Positions 59,893-64,000 of a stretch of 64,000 nucleotides of DNA are shown piece after piece (the first letter of the stretch is position 1; each line of letters starts with the position of its first letter). Made by a program: the position numbers and the translations under genes. The stretch comes from Balanoglossus misakiensis. Its lineage: Eukaryota > Animalia > Hemichordata. Location of the stretch: assembly GCA_040954595.2 (NCBI GenBank), contig CM082588.2, positions 7,217,947-7,281,946 of the forward strand, given 5' to 3'. The notes beneath the pieces were generated by a model, which searched no databases, had not been told where the DNA came from, and worked only from the letters and a program-made list of their open reading frames with translations.

Positions 59893-62800
59893 GTTCAACC
59901 GAAAAGTAGGTATTTCTAAAAACTCCGAACGCAGGTAACCAGTGGCGAAAAAAAAGACGTCACTTTTGGTGACACAGACCCGACTGTGACCAAAGCACTT
60001 CACTTAATGCATTCAGAGTGTCGGGTTATAAACAAAAGGCAAAGAATCCGCCAGGTCAATCAGGTCACAAGAGGTGAAATATAATCGCCTGCAAGTGTTA
60101 CCATAAACGTCGGACAGGTTATCAGTCAAAAACATGCCGCTCGCGAAAAAGCGTGTGCAAAAAACACAAGCTTTGCTCTGAGCAGACTACAAATCCACGG
60201 TAAGCTTTAAATTCAAATTCAATTACTCCAACTCGAGGGATATACCATTATTCGCAGGGGTGTTGCCTTCGGGCTGGTGAAATACAACCCACTGCCCAGA
60301 GTGAAGAAATCTGGCTGGCAAATAATGATAAAATGACACCACTAAAATATGCAAGTTATTTTTGCTTGAAAATGCCTTTCTCTCGTCCAACCTTCATTCA
60401 CCACCAGAATATTAAAAATAAATTTTTGAGTTTTTGGCACCAGTGAACAGTTAAAAATGATTACGATTCAATAAACAACACAGTGGCACCCGCACATCGC
60501 ATCAAGAGATCATTCGACAACTATTCACATGGGTGTGTGTAATAATCAACTATAAAGAGATCGCTTTACACTCAAAGTATTAAACCTCCAAAGGTGGGCA
60601 CACACAGATCAATACAGTTCAACGTTCGAGTAAACCGACTCTTAAAATAACAAAAATCAACTGTCCTACAAAAGGGAAAACCGATTCGACGGACTGTGAA
60701 AATTAGCGACAGGAGAGAGGCACAGTGCAGAGCCTGTGATGTATTGCTGTCAAGCCACAGGTATTTGATGTATTGCTATTAAACCGCACTACATGCAATC
60801 ATGTACAGGTATGTCTGCCTTGGATTATTTGCTCATAAATTTAAAGCGTTTTTTATTAACTACACCGCATGGTTTTACAATACAGTTGTATTATGAGCTT
60901 AGTGTAAAACTCTCACTCGTATAATACCATACCAGTTGACAACTTTAGATCGAAAAATATAAAGGAATATATTGGACTGGACATACAGAATATAATGTCT
61001 GAGCACTGTGTGCAATGTAGCATTGAGATGTTACGCCCTTATACAGGATGTGAGTTGAGTTGAACAATCAGTCATTAAGCATATTTCAGTAAACAGAAAT
61101 CAACCTATAAACAAGCTATCGACAAGAGCCTAAAACAACCAAAATCATGTCAAAAGTGAGCAACTTTGTCCCCCCAGTTCCATCTGTAGAGGTCTGATTT
61201 TCCATAGAAAACAATGGATCTGGGCCAAACCATGTTAATGAAAGGGTTATGCATTGAGTCTGCTGCATCTGTTCCTGGATTCATGAAATCTGACATCACC
61301 TACCAGTATTTATCAAACAAATACCGTAGCAACCAGTCAATGCATCACCATGGCAACAAAATTCACCAGCCAATCCTATTCAAGTCAGTGAATATTAATT
61401 CTCCACTCATACAGAGGCATGTACAATATCACTGTATTAGCACTTCAAGAGTTTTAATCACAGTTGAATACATACATCCTACCAATAACCAAGAATTCTT
61501 CTGTTTCCAATTTTCGCTCCGAAGTTAGTCCTGAATTTCTTGGTATGTTAATCAACACAAAGCTGCAAAGTTCAATCAGTTATACTAGCCTATAAGTTTC
61601 ATTCCAATTCCACCAAAGGCAGACAGTATGTAAATATTTTGACAACACAATGTATCTGTCGTATTACTAAATTGGCATTTTTGCCTTCCACTCTGCAATA
61701 TCATGTCTGCCGGGGCAGAACAGAAAAGACGTGCGATAAGGAAAACAGTCAGATTTATAACACCGGTAAATATCTAATCTCTTTTGATTTTCGGTTTTGT
61801 TTCTAGGAAGGTTGTTGATAAGTTATGTTTAGGATTTTCTGACAAAGCGGTGTAATTTTGTCATATTTTGCGATTCCAAAATTCCACACACTGCTGTACG
61901 GTATGTCAGTTTCCATGGTGCGCAGTTGGTTTTCAGAAAATGAAGGCATTTTCTGGTCATTGGTATCACTAAGAAATGTTTATGAGAGCTTACATATTTG
62001 TAAGATATTGCTAAGACTGGGGCAAATACATGCAGAGTGAGAGACATTAACTTTGTGCAAAAGAAAACATTGGTGTTGATAATGGAAAAAGTTTTGACTG
62101 TATTTAATTGACACAAAACTGAATTGTTCATTATGTTCTGAAGTCATTTTAACGAATTATGTGTTTATTCATTATTGTAGATTTTATACCATGTTCAAAG
62201 CTTACATTTGAGAAATTGACTATCTGGTTAGAATGAAAATTATATCTTTCATCTCAGATGTTTATATTTGGCAAACATCACTGTGGCAAAACAATTCTCG
62301 TAGCACAGCAACTGAACTCGGAACGAAAAAACAAAACAAATCTTATTTGAGACATGGAGGGCGCTATTGCATATCTTCCAAGACGTCACCACAAAAATAC
62401 ACTTATACTGAATTTGACTTGATTAAATCATTAGCTATGTGATTTTTCTTTATGACAACTTTCTCATTCAGCTCGTACCTTGGTAAGGTGAATTTAGTTG
62501 CTTGATTCAACAGAGAATGCTAAAGTGTATGGTCTCCATTGATCATGATCACAGTTATAATTTCACTGAATGACATACCACCATACATACCATAACACAT
62601 ACCAAACTTGTACTGACAATATGGTCAGTACAATCAATTATGTGCTTGATCGTGAAGGTGGATAGGGGAAATATTAAGCAATGGCCCCATCCCCTCGGGC
62701 TTAGTCTAATTACCCCCCTCCCCCCATATTAGACACGTATCGCCCGAGGTTGGGTCCCTCAGGGAAGTTGTTGCATAACCCTTTCACCACCATGGCTTGG

Positions 62801-63621
62801 GCCAACTCCATTGTTTTCCATGGTAATGTTGGACCTCTATAGAGGGGTGAAAGGTTTAAACAAAAAGCTAGTAGTGCTGTAATATCTTACTGTCATTAAA
62901 TGGATTTTACACTTTACTTACTTTACACTGCAATCATATTGCGGTCGAAATGTATAATATATTTCACTAAGGTTTAGTATTTTTCACCATTCACCTCTCA
63001 TGAAATAACACACTGTATTTATGAATGTACCGTTTCCGCATAGATTGCAGAAATACTATGTACAACCAGGAATTATTATATTTAAACTACCCACCTTTCT
63101 TGTGTTGTTTTCGATCGATAGTGCAATTTGAGGTCAAGGGTTACCATCATGGCGGAATGCAAAAGTCCCCGGATATGGCTTTGTTACTATAGAGACAGCG
63201 CGCGACAGTAACTTGCTTCGCGGAAAATGTTTACCCTAGCTACATAATCCCCTGTCGCCCGACTGTAAAGCTCCGCGCTAGTAATGTAGGTCGAAAACAT
63301 TTCTGCGGTAATATTGATAATTCTGACTCTAAGCAGGCCTCAGTATACCTACTTTAATGGTATTGAGTGATTTTATTGAAAAGAGGCTTTGCATTTCATA
63401 TACAGAGCTAAACTTCCAGTGCGCATGGATATACCGGGTCACCAATGGCGTAATTGGTCCAGACAATGTAATAAGATCTTGGTATAGGACTTTGAACTGT
63501 GATAGGTGTTGATCGACTTGTGTATTTCTTTCTTATTTCCTACATTTGGACAAATAAGGAGCTGGTAGAGCCTGTCACACCAGCCAGACGTTCTCGACGA
63601 TTTCACGGCCCCACGTTAAAG

Positions 63622-63717
63622 ATGGCTGGCCAAGAACTGTGGGGCAGCATTACTGTACACACGCCGGATTGCGTGGAGTCGTTGAAGATCGACCACGATG
63701 ACCGTATTTACACAACG
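63622..63717 (+). CDS. Possible coding exon of an unidentified gene (MAGQELWGSITVHTPDCVESLKIDHDDRIYTT)
   Basis: aag-ATG-G context, donor ACG|gtacgt, in a CpG-rich promoter-like region; no family recognised. Confidence 0.3.
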
Positions 63718-64000
63718 GTACGTGTATGTGTGAATGTGTTTCCTTTTATTATTTACCGCCAACACCTCTCTTGTTGATGCCTACACATCGGGTCGAGATA
63801 ATATGCTTATTAAAATACTGCCATTTTGCTTCCGGTGAGACGTCGTTAGGGGAAACTCTTGCTCGCGATCGCTGCACCATGTACATTTCACTGGGCCCTG
63901 GGGAAAGGTGAAACTGACATGACAGTGATCGCCCTTGTTTGGTCCGTCTTCATGGATCATTGTGTTTTGCGGATAGAGTGTGTATCATGTCAGATCGTGG

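Overview
AT-rich, intron-containing animal genomic DNA; the repeat and gene content suggest a marine invertebrate (inference). Positions 1-46.3 kb hold a head-to-tail array of three paralogous minus-strand genes: two complete (44102->31893 and 26286->8729) and one running off the left edge (3575-><1). The two complete copies encode an acidic N-terminus, a death-effector domain (DED), a Roc GTPase, a COR domain and a GT-B (GT4-like) glycosyltransferase. The main finding is that the apparent (GA)n satellite between the DED and Roc exons is an array of candidate 3-nt microexons. Every ~260-420 bp unit reads, on the gene strand, (CT)n...TTTGAC...CAG|NNN|GTAAGT, and NNN is the hypervariable position. 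I counted 52 units, 51 with intact splice dinucleotides, carrying 14 different triplets for 12 amino acids and no stop codon. A 5-nt adaptor microexon places them in phase 0, so each exon would be exactly one codon and each paralogue would build a different, potentially combinatorially spliced linker peptide. This is inferred from genomic sequence alone and needs transcript evidence. To the right lie a profilin-4-like gene, several MITEs and microsatellites, and a few low-confidence exons.
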